64,000 bases of DNA. Source: Armatimonadota bacterium. Its GTDB lineage: Bacteria; Armatimonadota; Fimbriimonadia; Fimbriimonadales; Fimbriimonadaceae. The position numbers and the translations under genes are program-made. The notes below the pieces were generated by a model. The model was not told the origin of the DNA and ran no database searches. It saw only the letters and a list, made by a program, of their open reading frames with translations. Where the stretch lies: contig JANNQV010000020.1 in NCBI GenBank assembly GCA_031400935.1, forward strand, positions 1 through 64,000. The letters are read 5' to 3'. Of the stretch, positions 36,399 to 45,942 are shown piece by piece (the first letter of the stretch is position 1; every line of letters begins with the position of its first letter).

Positions 36399-38465
36399 AT
36401 GAGCAAGCGATATTATCTCACAACGCCGATTTATTACGTGAACAGCGTCCCACACATCGGAACCACGCTGACCACGGTAATTGCCGATATTTGCAAGCGG
36501 TATCAGCTCATGCGTGGCGAGAATCCCTTCTACTTGACCGGAACGGACGAAAACGGCCTCAAAGTTCTTGATGCAGCAGAAAAAGCTGGCAAGACGCCGA
36601 TGGAATTTGTGGACGACATCAGCAACCGGTTTGTCGAAGTTTTTGACGCAATGAACGTGAGCTACGACGTCTTTTTTCGAACAACGAGCGATCAGCACAA
36701 GAAGACGGTTCAAGCCCTTTTCGAAAGGCTGAAAGAAAACGGACACATTTATCAAGGCGTTTACGAAGGCTGGTACGACGTCGGCAGCGAGACGTTCTAT
36801 AAAGAATCTGATCTGGTGGACGGCAAGAGCCCCGATGGCAACGAAGTGCAATGGGTGAGCGAAGACAACTGGTTTTTCAAGCTGAGTGCATTTGAAAACC
36901 AGTTGCTCGACCACATTTCAGCCAATCCTGATTTCTTGCTTCCTGAATCGAGGAAAAACGAGGTTGTCAGCTTCCTAAAACAAGGCTTGCGCGACATGTG
37001 TATCACCCGAAAGAATCCAGGCTGGGGAATTCCGCTGCCTTGGGATGAAACCAAAGTCGTCTATGTTTGGTTCGATGCCTTGATTAACTACGTTGCCGCG
37101 ACGGGTTGGCCGGATGATCCGAATTGGGAAAATCTTTGGCCCGCCGACGTTCATTGGATGGCGAAAGAGATATTCACCCGGTTCCATGCGACCCTTTGGC
37201 CGGCAATGTTGTTGGGTGCCGGTTTGCCGCTTCCGAAAACTGTCATTGCGCACGGCTGGTTTGTTTTTGGCGATCAGAAGATGAGCAAATCGCTAGGCAA
37301 CGTGATCGCACCGCTTGAACTTGCCGACGAGATGCAAGAAAAGACGGGTTGCAGCGACAAAATGAAAATTGAGGCTGTACGGTGGTCGTTGGCGCGCCTT
37401 ATGCCATACGAAGGCGACTCGAATTATAACCGTGACGAAGTGGACAAGCACTACAACGCGGACCTTGCCAACGATTTGGGAAATGCCCTCAATCGAAGCC
37501 TCGCAATGGCGCACAAATTTGTGGATGGCAAAGTGCCGGATGCCCCCACAGAAGACGACGCGATCGAGGCGATTCAGGCTGCAAAACAGAAGTACGCAAT
37601 GGCGATGGACGTATTAAACGTTCCGGAAGCAGTTGATGCGGCAATCGGCCTGATGCGTTTTTTGAACAAGTACATTGACACGAGGGCTCCGTGGGCATTG
37701 GCAAAATCAAGTGATCCGGCCCTTGGATCAGTGATTCGTTCGATGCTTGCCTGCCTTCGAGCGGCAGAAACTCTAGTGTCGCCGATGATGCCTTGGGCCG
37801 CCGATGAAATTGCAAAACAACTCGGCCATGCCCCTTGCAGAAATTGGAACGAGCTCGGTTCACCCTCAACTTTAGTCGCAGGAGCTATCCTCGCAATCCC
37901 TGAACCTATCTTCCCTAGAATTGACCCTCAAAAGGCCAAGGTCGTACATGACCGGCTCTTTAGAACATCAACTCCCTCCCCTGTGAGCGAAGCCAAGGGG
38001 GAGGGTCGGGGTGGGGGTTCGAGCGATAATCCAAAATCCAAAATCCAAAATCCAAAATCGGATTCCAAAGACCCCAAACCCCAAACCCCAAACCCTATGT
38101 CCGACCAATCCACAATCCACAATTCACAATCCACAACGGACGAAATCTCCATCGAAGACTTCATGAAAGTCAAGCTCAAAGTCGCCCGAATCCTCGAAGC
38201 CATCCCCCTTGAAGGTAGCGACAAACTCATGAAGCTTCAAGTCGTGGTTGGAAGCGAGCAGCGCCAGGTGATTGCAGGGATTCGAAAATCCTACGATTCA
38301 CTCGACCTCATCGGGCGGCAGGTGATTTTGGTTTCGAACCTAAAACCAGCCAAACTGCGCGGTGAAATGAGCGAAGGCATGCTGCTTGCGGCGGTGGACG
38401 AAGACGGAAACGCCATCCTCCTCCAACCCGACCGCGAGGCTCCAGAAGGCGTGCAAGTTAGGTAG
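36399..38465 (+). CDS. metG: Methionine--tRNA ligase with C-terminal tRNA-binding (Trbp111-like) domain
   Basis: TTPIYYVN, HIGT (HIGH variant), YVWFDAL, KMSKS, NLKPAKLRG..SEGM. Confidence 0.97.
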   Translation: MSKRYYLTTPIYYVNSVPHIGTTLTTVIADICKRYQLMRGENPFYLTGTDENGLKVLDAAEKAGKTPMEFVDDISNRFVEVFDAMNVSYDVFFRTTSDQHKKTVQALFERLKENGHIYQGVYEGWYDVGSETFYKESDLVDGKSPDGNEVQWVSEDNWFFKLSAFENQLLDHISANPDFLLPESRKNEVVSFLKQGLRDMCITRKNPGWGIPLPWDETKVVYVWFDALINYVAATGWPDDPNWENLWPADVHWMAKEIFTRFHATLWPAMLLGAGLPLPKTVIAHGWFVFGDQKMSKSLGNVIAPLELADEMQEKTGCSDKMKIEAVRWSLARLMPYEGDSNYNRDEVDKHYNADLANDLGNALNRSLAMAHKFVDGKVPDAPTEDDAIEAIQAAKQKYAMAMDVLNVPEAVDAAIGLMRFLNKYIDTRAPWALAKSSDPALGSVIRSMLACLRAAETLVSPMMPWAADEIAKQLGHAPCRNWNELGSPSTLVAGAILAIPEPIFPRIDPQKAKVVHDRLFRTSTPSPVSEAKGEGRGGGSSDNPKSKIQNPKSDSKDPKPQTPNPMSDQSTIHNSQSTTDEISIEDFMKVKLKVARILEAIPLEGSDKLMKLQVVVGSEQRQVIAGIRKSYDSLDLIGRQVILVSNLKPAKLRGEMSEGMLLAAVDEDGNAILLQPDREAPEGVQVR
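37974..38017 (+). repeat. REP-like palindromic element inserted in frame in metG
   Basis: ccctcccctgtgagcgaagccaagggggagggtcggggtggggg; a homologous copy lies inverted at 42946-42988. Confidence 0.8.
38028..38137 (+). repeat. Heptamer repeats translated within the metG linker
   Basis: aatccaa x4, cccaaac-type and aatccac-type units, encoding NPKSKIQNPKS, PKPQTPNP and QSTIHNSQST. Confidence 0.88.
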
Positions 38466-38550
38466 GCAGTTGCTGGGTGGCGGTTATCGGTTATCGGTCA
38501 TTAGTTGTTTGCAACTTGCTAGCTACTAGCCAACCACTTGCTGACAACTT
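38466..38550. repeat. Heptamer repeats with partly complementary arms
   Basis: ggttatc ggttatc ggtcatt ... gctagct actagcc aaccact. Confidence 0.7.
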
Positions 38551-38562
38551 GCAAAACGCCCC

Positions 38563-39597
38563 CTACTTCGGCGGCGCTTTCATCGTGTAGATGTCACCCT
38601 CATCTTCGCGCGTGGAATAAAAAGCGATCATCCCATTCGGCCCCCAGCGAGGGTACATGTCATTCCCTTCATTGTTGGTGAGCCGTTTCTGGTTCGATCC
38701 GTCGCCGTTCATTATATAAATTTCAGCTTGCCCATCGCGGTACGAAGTGAACAATATCCTTCCATCTGGCCCCCAAGAAGGCTCGTTGTTCCACTTTGGC
38801 CCGCTAGTAAGGCGTGTTACGGTGGTGCCGTCGGCGTCCACAACGAAAATTTGTTTTTCATCTCTTTCGATGCCATCGCGCTCGGACACGAAAGCGATTT
38901 TTCCACCAGGGCCCCAGGTGGGCTGAAGGTCTTTGGCCCTGTGGTACCCGACAGTCACGAAGTTAGTACGGTCGGTATAGCCATTGGCGCTCATCACGTG
39001 GATATCCAGCAGTTGATCTAAATCGGCGGCGAATGCAATCCTGCCATCCGGCCCTACAGCTGGGTTCAAATGCGAAGAGGAAAAAGCGGAGAGTTGCTTT
39101 TGGTTTGTGCCGTCTGCGTCAATCACGAAAATATGGAGATTGCTCCCAGTATCGCCAATGAAAACTATTTTGCCATCTGGAGTCCAACAAGGCATATGGG
39201 CATTGATTACATCTTTAGTTTGAATTTTTTTGACGTTTGTGCCATCGGCATTCATCACATAGATTTCATAGCCTCGATCACGGTCGGATGAGAACGCGAT
39301 TTTTCCGTCGGGCGACCATGCAGGCTGGGAATCCGACGCTCTCTCTTTGGTCAACCGGGCGACCGCTGGGTAATTGGTCTTTGGCGCTGTCGTTGCAACT
39401 GGGAGTTTGGCCTTGCAAAAGGCACAAACCTTAGCTGTTCGCACGTTCAGTTTTTTGCATTTCGGACAGGCTATTTTCGCCTGGGCAATTCCGGGCGGCT
39501 GCGTTGTTCGAAGTGGGTAGAAATTCGACCATCCGCCAATCGCTAATATCGCCGATGCTATGACAAAAACCCAAATCCACAGTCTCATGGAATTCAT
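38563..39597 (-). CDS. TolB-like (PD40 repeat) beta-propeller protein with N-terminal anchor and zinc ribbon
   Basis: CPKC...CAFC; PAWSPDG-IAF-SDR repeats; the upstream extension of the listed ORF is repeat-derived. Confidence 0.85.
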   Translation of the reverse strand: MNSMRLWIWVFVIASAILAIGGWSNFYPLRTTQPPGIAQAKIACPKCKKLNVRTAKVCAFCKAKLPVATTAPKTNYPAVARLTKERASDSQPAWSPDGKIAFSSDRDRGYEIYVMNADGTNVKKIQTKDVINAHMPCWTPDGKIVFIGDTGSNLHIFVIDADGTNQKQLSAFSSSHLNPAVGPDGRIAFAADLDQLLDIHVMSANGYTDRTNFVTVGYHRAKDLQPTWGPGGKIAFVSERDGIERDEKQIFVVDADGTTVTRLTSGPKWNNEPSWGPDGRILFTSYRDGQAEIYIMNGDGSNQKRLTNNEGNDMYPRWGPNGMIAFYSTREDEGDIYTMKAPPK

Positions 39598-39605
39598 TGT
39601 AGCCC

Positions 39606-39790
39606 GGTTGTTGGTTATTGGTTGTTGGTTGTCAACAGTTAGCGGTTGGCAGTAAGCGGATTGCGGAGAACGAGAATTCCGGTTAACCCCCAACCTCAAT
39701 CCAGAATCCACAATGTTCGGCGTTGGTTTTTGGTTGTCATTCGTTTGCAACTTGCAGTCTACATGCCAACAACCTGCCTGCGACATGCCC
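39606..39790. repeat. Mosaic heptamer tandem repeats
   Basis: ggttgtt ggttatt ggttgtt ggttgtc; agttagc ggttggc agtaagc ggattgc; aatccag aatccac. Confidence 0.85.
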
Positions 39791-39791
39791 A

Positions 39792-40865
39792 CTACCCTCC
39801 GATTGGCAACGTTGTCAAATCCACTCGCCTTCCCGATTCCCCCGATTCCAAAATTGCGCTCATCGCCTCAAGAACATGTAGCCCCAACTGGCCTGATGCA
39901 CGAGGAAGCCTTCTTTCAACAATAGCTATGACTTGATCGAGAACTCCCAGGCCCCTCGAATTCGTAAAATCCCCATGAAGCAGGGGTTGTTCCGTCCAAT
40001 CTGTCGCACCCTTTTGACGAAAGCGAATCGGCTGCGGGTTGCCATTGCTGTCAGCCCCAAAGCCGTTTGGATCGGGCACAAGCATCGTGCCGCTTGTTCC
40101 ATAGAGTTCGATGGGCGGCAGAGTTGTCGCCTGAACATCAAAGCTGGCTGTGAATTGAACTACAGCCCCGCCGCGAAAGGACAGGATAGAAATTACGTGG
40201 GTGGGAGTTTCCACCGTAATTTCCTTTCCTAGTTGCGGCTGGCTAGTGATGGTTCGCTTGCCCCAAGTGGTTTTTGTTCCGGCAGCTACCGATTGGATTG
40301 GCCCAAAAAGCGTGATTAGAGCTGACAAATAATAAGGCCCCATATCGAACATCGGCCCGCCGCCGATTTCGTAATAGAACTCTGGTGAAGGATGCCAGCT
40401 TTCGTGCCCTGGGCAAAGCATGAACGCATTTCCTCCCACAGGTTCGCCGATGTCGCCTCGGTCGAGCATCGTTTTACAGGTCTGAATCCCTCCACCGAGA
40501 ACCGTATCTGGGGCGCATCCAACGGTAATGCCCTTCGATTCGGCAATTTCGATTAGGCGTTTGCCATCTTCGAATCGAATCGCAAGCGGTTTTTCGACAT
40601 AGACATGTTTACCAGCCTCCAAAGCAGCAAGGGAAACTTCGAAATGCGCCTTTGGAATCGTAAGATTGAGAACGAGTTCGATTTCGGAGTCGGCGATCAA
40701 TTCTTCTGGAGTCAGGACCCTTTGAATTTGATATTTTTGGGCAACTTCAATTGCCTTTTCTCGGTTGAGGTCAGCGCAGGCAACAACTTCCGTGACTTCA
40801 AATCGAGCCAAATTTTCAAAGTAAATTCCGCAGATATTTCCGCATCCGATAACGCCAATTCTCAT
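39792..40865 (-). CDS. Gfo/Idh/MocA family oxidoreductase
   Basis: IGVIGCGNI, KHVYVEKP, DMGPYY. Confidence 0.92.
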   Translation of the reverse strand: MRIGVIGCGNICGIYFENLARFEVTEVVACADLNREKAIEVAQKYQIQRVLTPEELIADSEIELVLNLTIPKAHFEVSLAALEAGKHVYVEKPLAIRFEDGKRLIEIAESKGITVGCAPDTVLGGGIQTCKTMLDRGDIGEPVGGNAFMLCPGHESWHPSPEFYYEIGGGPMFDMGPYYLSALITLFGPIQSVAAGTKTTWGKRTITSQPQLGKEITVETPTHVISILSFRGGAVVQFTASFDVQATTLPPIELYGTSGTMLVPDPNGFGADSNGNPQPIRFRQKGATDWTEQPLLHGDFTNSRGLGVLDQVIAIVERRLPRASGQLGLHVLEAMSAILESGESGRRVDLTTLPIGG

Positions 40866-41018
40866 TCAATACAGTTTGGCTGAAGAATATAGGCGGAATT
40901 GTAAGGACATCATTTGAAACTGATGCCGTATCAATGAATCTGCGAACAGCCAAACGCCATTCAACACAGAAGCGGGCGAGACGCCGCGCTCCTTATGTCA
41001 CACTATTTGTTAAGTTTG

Positions 41019-41423
41019 CTATTCTTGTTTAGCACTCGAAATGCGCTTCTTTGACCAGAAAAATACAATCAAACTAAGGATAAAAGTTGCTCCGGAAACA
41101 AGCTGCGATTGTTGAGCGATGAACCGGACAGTTTGGAGTTGCAGTGGATAAATCTTGTTATCTCGAAGGTATTTTTCGTCCACTTCTTCGGCTCCATCGG
41201 TAGTTTTCTTGCCTGTAAACGCTTTTGGGTCTTCGATGATGTATTGTTGCGGGCTGCCAATTGGTGTGCCAGTTTCGCCAAACAAATCTGCGCCCTCATT
41301 CTTTTCGATTCTCTGGATCAGTTTGGCTTTTCCCGGATAGGTATTGAGTGCGAACAGGGTTCCACCACAGACGAGAATGGAACCTGCCAGCACGATAATC
41401 GAGAGTATTTTGATGAATTTCAT
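41019..41423 (-). CDS. Hypothetical two-TM membrane protein
   Basis: ATG 41423; N- and C-terminal hydrophobic helices. Confidence 0.65.
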   Translation of the reverse strand: MKFIKILSIIVLAGSILVCGGTLFALNTYPGKAKLIQRIEKNEGADLFGETGTPIGSPQQYIIEDPKAFTGKKTTDGAEEVDEKYLRDNKIYPLQLQTVRFIAQQSQLVSGATFILSLIVFFWSKKRISSAKQE

Positions 41424-41451
41424 TGTGGGTTTTGGTTCTTTCAAGGACTCT

Positions 41452-41595
41452 TTGGGAGTGCGCAGGCTTGACCGCGCTGTTAATAGGAAATTGGTAAAAT
41501 ACAAAAGGAGAAAGGACAAAGCCGAATCCGACTCTTTTCCTTTGTCCTCTATCCGCAATTGTGAAAATGGCGCGGTCAAGCCTGCGCACTCCCAA
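41452..41595. repeat. REPIN/MITE-like element with 26-bp perfect inverted repeats
   Basis: ttgggagtgcgcaggcttgaccgcgc (41452-41477) and its exact reverse complement (41570-41595); inner aggacaaag/ctttgtcct hairpin. Confidence 0.85.
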
Positions 41596-41598
41596 GAC

Positions 41599-42198
41599 CT
41601 ATCCGCTTTGACCGTATAGCGTGATGGAAATCGTAACAGTTTCGGCAACTTTGGCTCGAGCCATTTTCGGAACCATGATTCCATAATCGGCGAGTTTAAC
41701 CGTGAAAGAAGTCTTCGTCTGAAGTAGGTCGCCCTTGAATCCAGATGCCTTCGTCGTCTCGTCAGCGACTCGATACTTGACCGTGGCAGTTGTGGTGATC
41801 GACTTGGTCACGCCATGAAGCGTGAGATTTCCAGTTACGCGGTATTTGTCTCCACCTATTGAACGAACAGATGTCGTGACGAAAGTGATTGTCGGGTGCT
41901 TGGCGGCGTCGAGCCACATTGGATTTCGAAGGTGGTCATCGCGAAGGTCAATTCCCGTGTTGAGCGAAACTACATCAACGGTTATTGAACCTGAACCAGT
42001 TCGTTTCGCAGGATCGAATACGATAGATCCCGTAACTTTATCTGTTCGTCCGGTGAAAGTTTCGAGATCGGTGACCGATTCGACTTGAGCGAACTGCTGA
42101 GCGCGGCTTCCTGCTCCGATTTTGAATGTTATCTGGCCAGCAAGGGCCGTAGATGAAGCGATGGTGGCCAATACGCCAAGGGAAATCAGTTTTTTCAT
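41599..42198 (-). CDS. YceI family protein (secreted lipid/polyisoprenoid-binding)
   Basis: SLNTGIDLRDDHLR, GNLTLHGVTK, DYGI. Confidence 0.9.
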   Translation of the reverse strand: MKKLISLGVLATIASSTALAGQITFKIGAGSRAQQFAQVESVTDLETFTGRTDKVTGSIVFDPAKRTGSGSITVDVVSLNTGIDLRDDHLRNPMWLDAAKHPTITFVTTSVRSIGGDKYRVTGNLTLHGVTKSITTTATVKYRVADETTKASGFKGDLLQTKTSFTVKLADYGIMVPKMARAKVAETVTISITLYGQSG

Positions 42199-42340
42199 TT
42201 TTGTGTGTACTCTTCTTTCGCCCGCAACTACTTTGGGGCGCTGAAATGAAAAGCTGTTCGTATGCCAAATGGTTCCAATCCAGCAAGGAATCATCGTCAA
42301 AAATGATCGTTTATGAACCCAAAAATGTCATAATAGTGAG

Positions 42341-42559
42341 GTGAAAGACAGGTCGCATTGGACAGTTGGAATCGGTACTCGTGAGGAAATCGAAGCCCAG
42401 AGAATCGAATATTGGCGTTCCCAAGATCCGAATTTTCGCGTCTCTGTTATTGCCGAATTGCGAGAGTTACACTTTGGAGAAAATGCAGAGCGACTGGAAA
42501 GAACTTATAGCATCGTTGACCTCTCACAACGTTTAGTTCATTGTTGTTGGTGCTCATGA
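42341..42559 (+). CDS. Small protein, probable partner of the nucleotidyltransferase (TA-like pair)
   Basis: IEYWRSQ...R motif; overlaps the downstream MNT gene; GTG lies 6 nt after CATAAT. Confidence 0.6.
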   Translation: MKDRSHWTVGIGTREEIEAQRIEYWRSQDPNFRVSVIAELRELHFGENAERLERTYSIVDLSQRLVHCCWCS

Positions 42560-42932
42560 GTTGGCTTTTTACGCACGACCACGATATACCGAAGACCTTG
42601 ACATCTTTTTGCGCAGAACCTAAGAAAATGGCGAGCGACTGCAGGCTGCTATGAAGAGTTTTGGAATTCTGGTCAGTGATGAAGTCATCAATAGATTGAT
42701 GAATCAAGATCTTCAATTGTTCTATATCGGCGGCAAGCCAAATGTTGTTGACTTTCAGAATTTCCTTAGCGGGGTTGACTTTGAGCCTGCATGGCTTAGG
42801 AAACAGTCGGGTGAACTATGTGGTGAACAAGATTGGTATTTGGGACTCGAGGATTTTCGGGCCACTAAAACTGCCTCGGGGAGGCCAAAAGACTTGTTAG
42901 ATTTGATTTTTCTCGACGAAATTACAGGGTGA
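42483..42932 (+). pseudogene. Minimal nucleotidyltransferase (MNT-like) pseudogene
   Basis: MQSDWKELI...HNV*FIVVGAH...PRYTEDLDI...T*ENG...KTASGRPKDLLD; in-frame TAG at 42534 and TAA at 42621. Confidence 0.82.
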
Positions 42933-42945
42933 ATTGACGCCTGAG

Positions 42946-42988
42946 CCCCCACCCTGCCCTGCCCGATGGCTTCGCTCATGGGGGAGGG
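42946..42988 (-). repeat. REP-like palindromic element (second copy)
   Basis: Reverse complement ccctcccccatgagcgaagccatcgggcagggcagggtggggg aligns to 37974-38017. Confidence 0.8.
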
Positions 42989-42995
42989 TTCTATT

Positions 42996-44537
42996 TTACA
43001 AAAACTTCTCGTAGTTCTTGGTGAACAATTCGTTCAAATGCGCGGCTTTATCGTCGTACGCGTTCTTGTCTACCCATGTATTTCGTGGACTCAGAATTTC
43101 AGTCGGTACCCCTTCGCACGATGTCGGCACTTCAAGGCCAAATACTGGATCGCTGACAAACGATGATCTGTCTAGAACGCCGTCTAATGCCGCTGTAAGA
43201 AGCGAACGGGTGTGCTTGAGCGACATTCGATTCCCAGTTCCATATGCTCCGCCCGTCCAACCTGTGTTCACCAGCCAAACTCTTGCTCCGTGCTTTGTCA
43301 TCTTTTCGGCAAGTAGTTCGGCATAAACTTTTGGCCGAAGCGGTAAAAATGGCGCTCCAAAACAAGTGCTGAAAGTCGTTTGCGGCTCCGTAACTCCTGC
43401 CTCAGTTCCAGCGACCTTTGCGGTGTAGCCATTCAAAAAGTGAAACATTGCCTGTTCCGGAGTCAATCGGCTGATGGGAGGCAAAACGCCAAATGCGTCG
43501 CAAGTGAGGAAGAAAATGTTCTTGGGATGGCCGCCGATGCTTGGAATCACAGCGTTCTCAATGTGCTCAACCGGGTATGCGCACCTTGTGTTTTCGGTAA
43601 GCGAGCAGTTATCGTAGTCTGGAATCCGATTTTCGTCCATTATGACGTTTTCAAGGACAGATCCGAACTTGATCGCATCCCAAATCTGCGGCTCGCCTTC
43701 TTTGCTCAGCTTGACGCACTTGGCATAGCATCCGCCTTCATAATTGAAAACGCCATTGTCATCCCAGCCGTGCTCATCGTCGCCAATCAGGCCTCGATTG
43801 GGATCTGCGGAAAGCGTTGTTTTCCCTGTCCCTGAAAGTCCAAAAAACAGAGCAGTGTCCCCCGATTTTCCGATGTTCGCCGAGCAATGCATGCTCATTA
43901 CGCCTTTCAATGGATTCAGATAATTTAGAATCGTGAACACCGACTTCTTCATCTCGCCAGCGTAGTGAGTGCCCATGATGAGAACGGTTTTCTTGGCGAA
44001 ATTCAATGCGATTACAGCTTCGCTCCGAGTTCCATCGGTGGCTGGATCAGCTTGCAAGTTGCAAAGGTCAATAATCGTCCAATCAGGCGAATAGTTTGCC
44101 AATTCTGCGGCAAGAGGGCGAATCAAAAGCTGCTTGATGAAAAGTGCATGGTAAGGTCGCTCAACGAGAAAACGGGCTGAAATTCGATGGCTTGGATCGG
44201 CTCCGCCGTATGTGTCAATTTGGTAAAGCTTCCTGCCTTGAATATAGTTGTTCGCCTTCGCCATCAACTTGTCGAAAGTCTCGGATGAGATTTCCGCGTT
44301 GTTCTCCCACCAAATGTTTGCCTCGCTACCTGGCTCTCGGACCGTGACTTTGTCTTTTGGGGTCCGTCCTGTATATTTTCCTGTCAGAGCGACAACGGCG
44401 CCGTCAGCCGAAAGGCTATCGCCATCTCTTACCGAATGTTCGACGAGCTCGGCGATTGGCAAATTCGTGTAGATCAATTCAGTAGATGAAAGATTGAGCG
44501 GTGAGTTCGTAATTGGCATCGTAGACGACATTGTCAT
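42996..44537 (-). CDS. pckA: Phosphoenolpyruvate carboxykinase (ATP)
   Basis: TGRTPKDK, YAGEMKK, GLSGTGKTT, IGDDEHGW; start at ATG 44537 after AAGGA. Confidence 0.97.
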   Translation of the reverse strand: MTMSSTMPITNSPLNLSSTELIYTNLPIAELVEHSVRDGDSLSADGAVVALTGKYTGRTPKDKVTVREPGSEANIWWENNAEISSETFDKLMAKANNYIQGRKLYQIDTYGGADPSHRISARFLVERPYHALFIKQLLIRPLAAELANYSPDWTIIDLCNLQADPATDGTRSEAVIALNFAKKTVLIMGTHYAGEMKKSVFTILNYLNPLKGVMSMHCSANIGKSGDTALFFGLSGTGKTTLSADPNRGLIGDDEHGWDDNGVFNYEGGCYAKCVKLSKEGEPQIWDAIKFGSVLENVIMDENRIPDYDNCSLTENTRCAYPVEHIENAVIPSIGGHPKNIFFLTCDAFGVLPPISRLTPEQAMFHFLNGYTAKVAGTEAGVTEPQTTFSTCFGAPFLPLRPKVYAELLAEKMTKHGARVWLVNTGWTGGAYGTGNRMSLKHTRSLLTAALDGVLDRSSFVSDPVFGLEVPTSCEGVPTEILSPRNTWVDKNAYDDKAAHLNELFTKNYEKFL

Positions 44538-44696
44538 TCGTTCCTTTTGCACTTCAAGGTACGTGTCAGGTTCGCGGAATTGGGGAAGCGCACTAATTAT
44601 CTTACCTCGCATCAAATAGGGTTCTGATACCAGTTTTCGACTCATCGTTTTCAAAAGATGTGCGCCTTGCAAAGATTCCGTACTACAATAGAAATT

Positions 44697-44984
44697 ATGG
44701 AACTGGAGCACCGCAAGCTGTCGGAATTGGAAATTGGAGAATCGCTTCGCCACGTTCCGCTGTGGGAAGTGAAAAATGGACTCCTATGCAGAGCATTTGA
44801 TTTTCGCACCTACTTAGAAGGCGCGTTGTTTGCGATAAAGGTTGCACACATTGCAGAAGACCTGGACCATCATCCCGACATCTTGATCGGATACCGAAAG
44901 GTGACCGTTTCGGTGAGCACTCATTCAGTCAATGGGATTTCTCCTTTTGATTTTGAGTTGGCTAAGCGGATTGATGCGATTTAG
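44697..44984 (+). CDS. Pterin-4-alpha-carbinolamine dehydratase
   Basis: AEDLDHHPDI, STHSVNGIS..DFELA. Confidence 0.9.
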   Translation: MELEHRKLSELEIGESLRHVPLWEVKNGLLCRAFDFRTYLEGALFAIKVAHIAEDLDHHPDILIGYRKVTVSVSTHSVNGISPFDFELAKRIDAI

Positions 44985-44985
44985 G

Positions 44986-45068
44986 GGTTGGCAGTTGGCA
45001 GTTGGCGGTTAGCGGATGGCAAAACCAACAACCAACAACAAATAACCAATAACCGACAACCAACCGCA
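44986..45068. repeat. Heptamer repeats arranged as imperfect inverted arms
   Basis: gttggca gttggca gttggcg gttagcg, followed by aaccaac aaccaac ... aaccaat aaccgac. Confidence 0.85.
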
Positions 45069-45102
45069 AATTCCCCTCTAAGAGTAGAATCGGTTCCTGA
45101 AT

Positions 45103-45942
45103 ATGGCAAAGACAGAAACCCTTAAGCCCCGAGGATTTGGAAAGACCCGGCGAAAAGACGCATGGTACGTTACGCCTGCAATCACATTTCTTGTCCTTTC
45201 CCTCTTCATTGTCTATGCTACTTGGGCGGCGTTTCAGGGCGCGAACTATACTCACGGCAACTATCTTTCGCCGTTTTACTCGCCTGAGATTTTTGGTAAC
45301 TCGCCGCACTCATGGTTCGGGCCAAAGCCTGGGTGGTGGCCGGGATTTCTGCCTTTTTCGCCAGCATTAATGATCCTTCCGTTTCCTGCTCTTTTTAGAT
45401 TCACTTGCTATTACTATCGAGGAGCATATTACAAAGCTTTTTGGGCGGACCCGCCAAACTGTTCGGTCAGCGAACCTAGAAAGGGCTACACGGGCGAACA
45501 CGGATTGCCGCTAATCATGCAAAACGTGCATCGGTATTTCATGTATTTCGCGCTTCTATTTCTTTTAGCGCTTTGGCACGATTCGTATAAGGGCTTTTTT
45601 TTTCCCGTTGGTGAAATGGGGCGTTATCTGCCTGCAGGATTGGGCCCACTGCCCGATCAACCCGTTCAATTCGGAATCGGAATTGGCACATTGGTCATCC
45701 TTTTCAATACGGTAATGCTTTCTCTTTACACGCTCAGTTGCCATTCCTTCCGGCATTTGATTGGAGGAAAGCTTGACTGCCTTTCGAAAAAGCCAACAAA
45801 ACTGAAGTGCTACACCTGCGTGAGCGGATTGAATACAAAGCATATGCTGTTCGCTTGGATTAGCTTGTTCGGGGTTATGGGCGCCGATCTTTATGTTCGA
45901 ATGGTGAGCATGGGGATTTGGACGGATTGGAGAATTTTGTAG
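45103..45942 (+). CDS. sdhC: Succinate dehydrogenase membrane anchor, mycobacterial Sdh1 (type F)-like
   Basis: YLSPFYSP, RFTCYYYR.AYY, QNVHRYF, SCHSFRH; directly upstream of sdhA. Confidence 0.75.
   Translation: MAKTETLKPRGFGKTRRKDAWYVTPAITFLVLSLFIVYATWAAFQGANYTHGNYLSPFYSPEIFGNSPHSWFGPKPGWWPGFLPFSPALMILPFPALFRFTCYYYRGAYYKAFWADPPNCSVSEPRKGYTGEHGLPLIMQNVHRYFMYFALLFLLALWHDSYKGFFFPVGEMGRYLPAGLGPLPDQPVQFGIGIGTLVILFNTVMLSLYTLSCHSFRHLIGGKLDCLSKKPTKLKCYTCVSGLNTKHMLFAWISLFGVMGADLYVRMVSMGIWTDWRIL

Noticed and set aside
40972..40992. gcgggcgagacgccgcgctcc, a REP-like motif
   Set aside because: Single short imperfect copy in the window; not enough to call a repeat
35185..42623. Stop-codon reassignment or amber readthrough suggested by in-frame TAG in two genes
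   Set aside because: The same genes also carry a frameshift or a TAA, and TAG ends many intact genes here (rpsO, metG, sdhA); ordinary pseudogenisation is simpler
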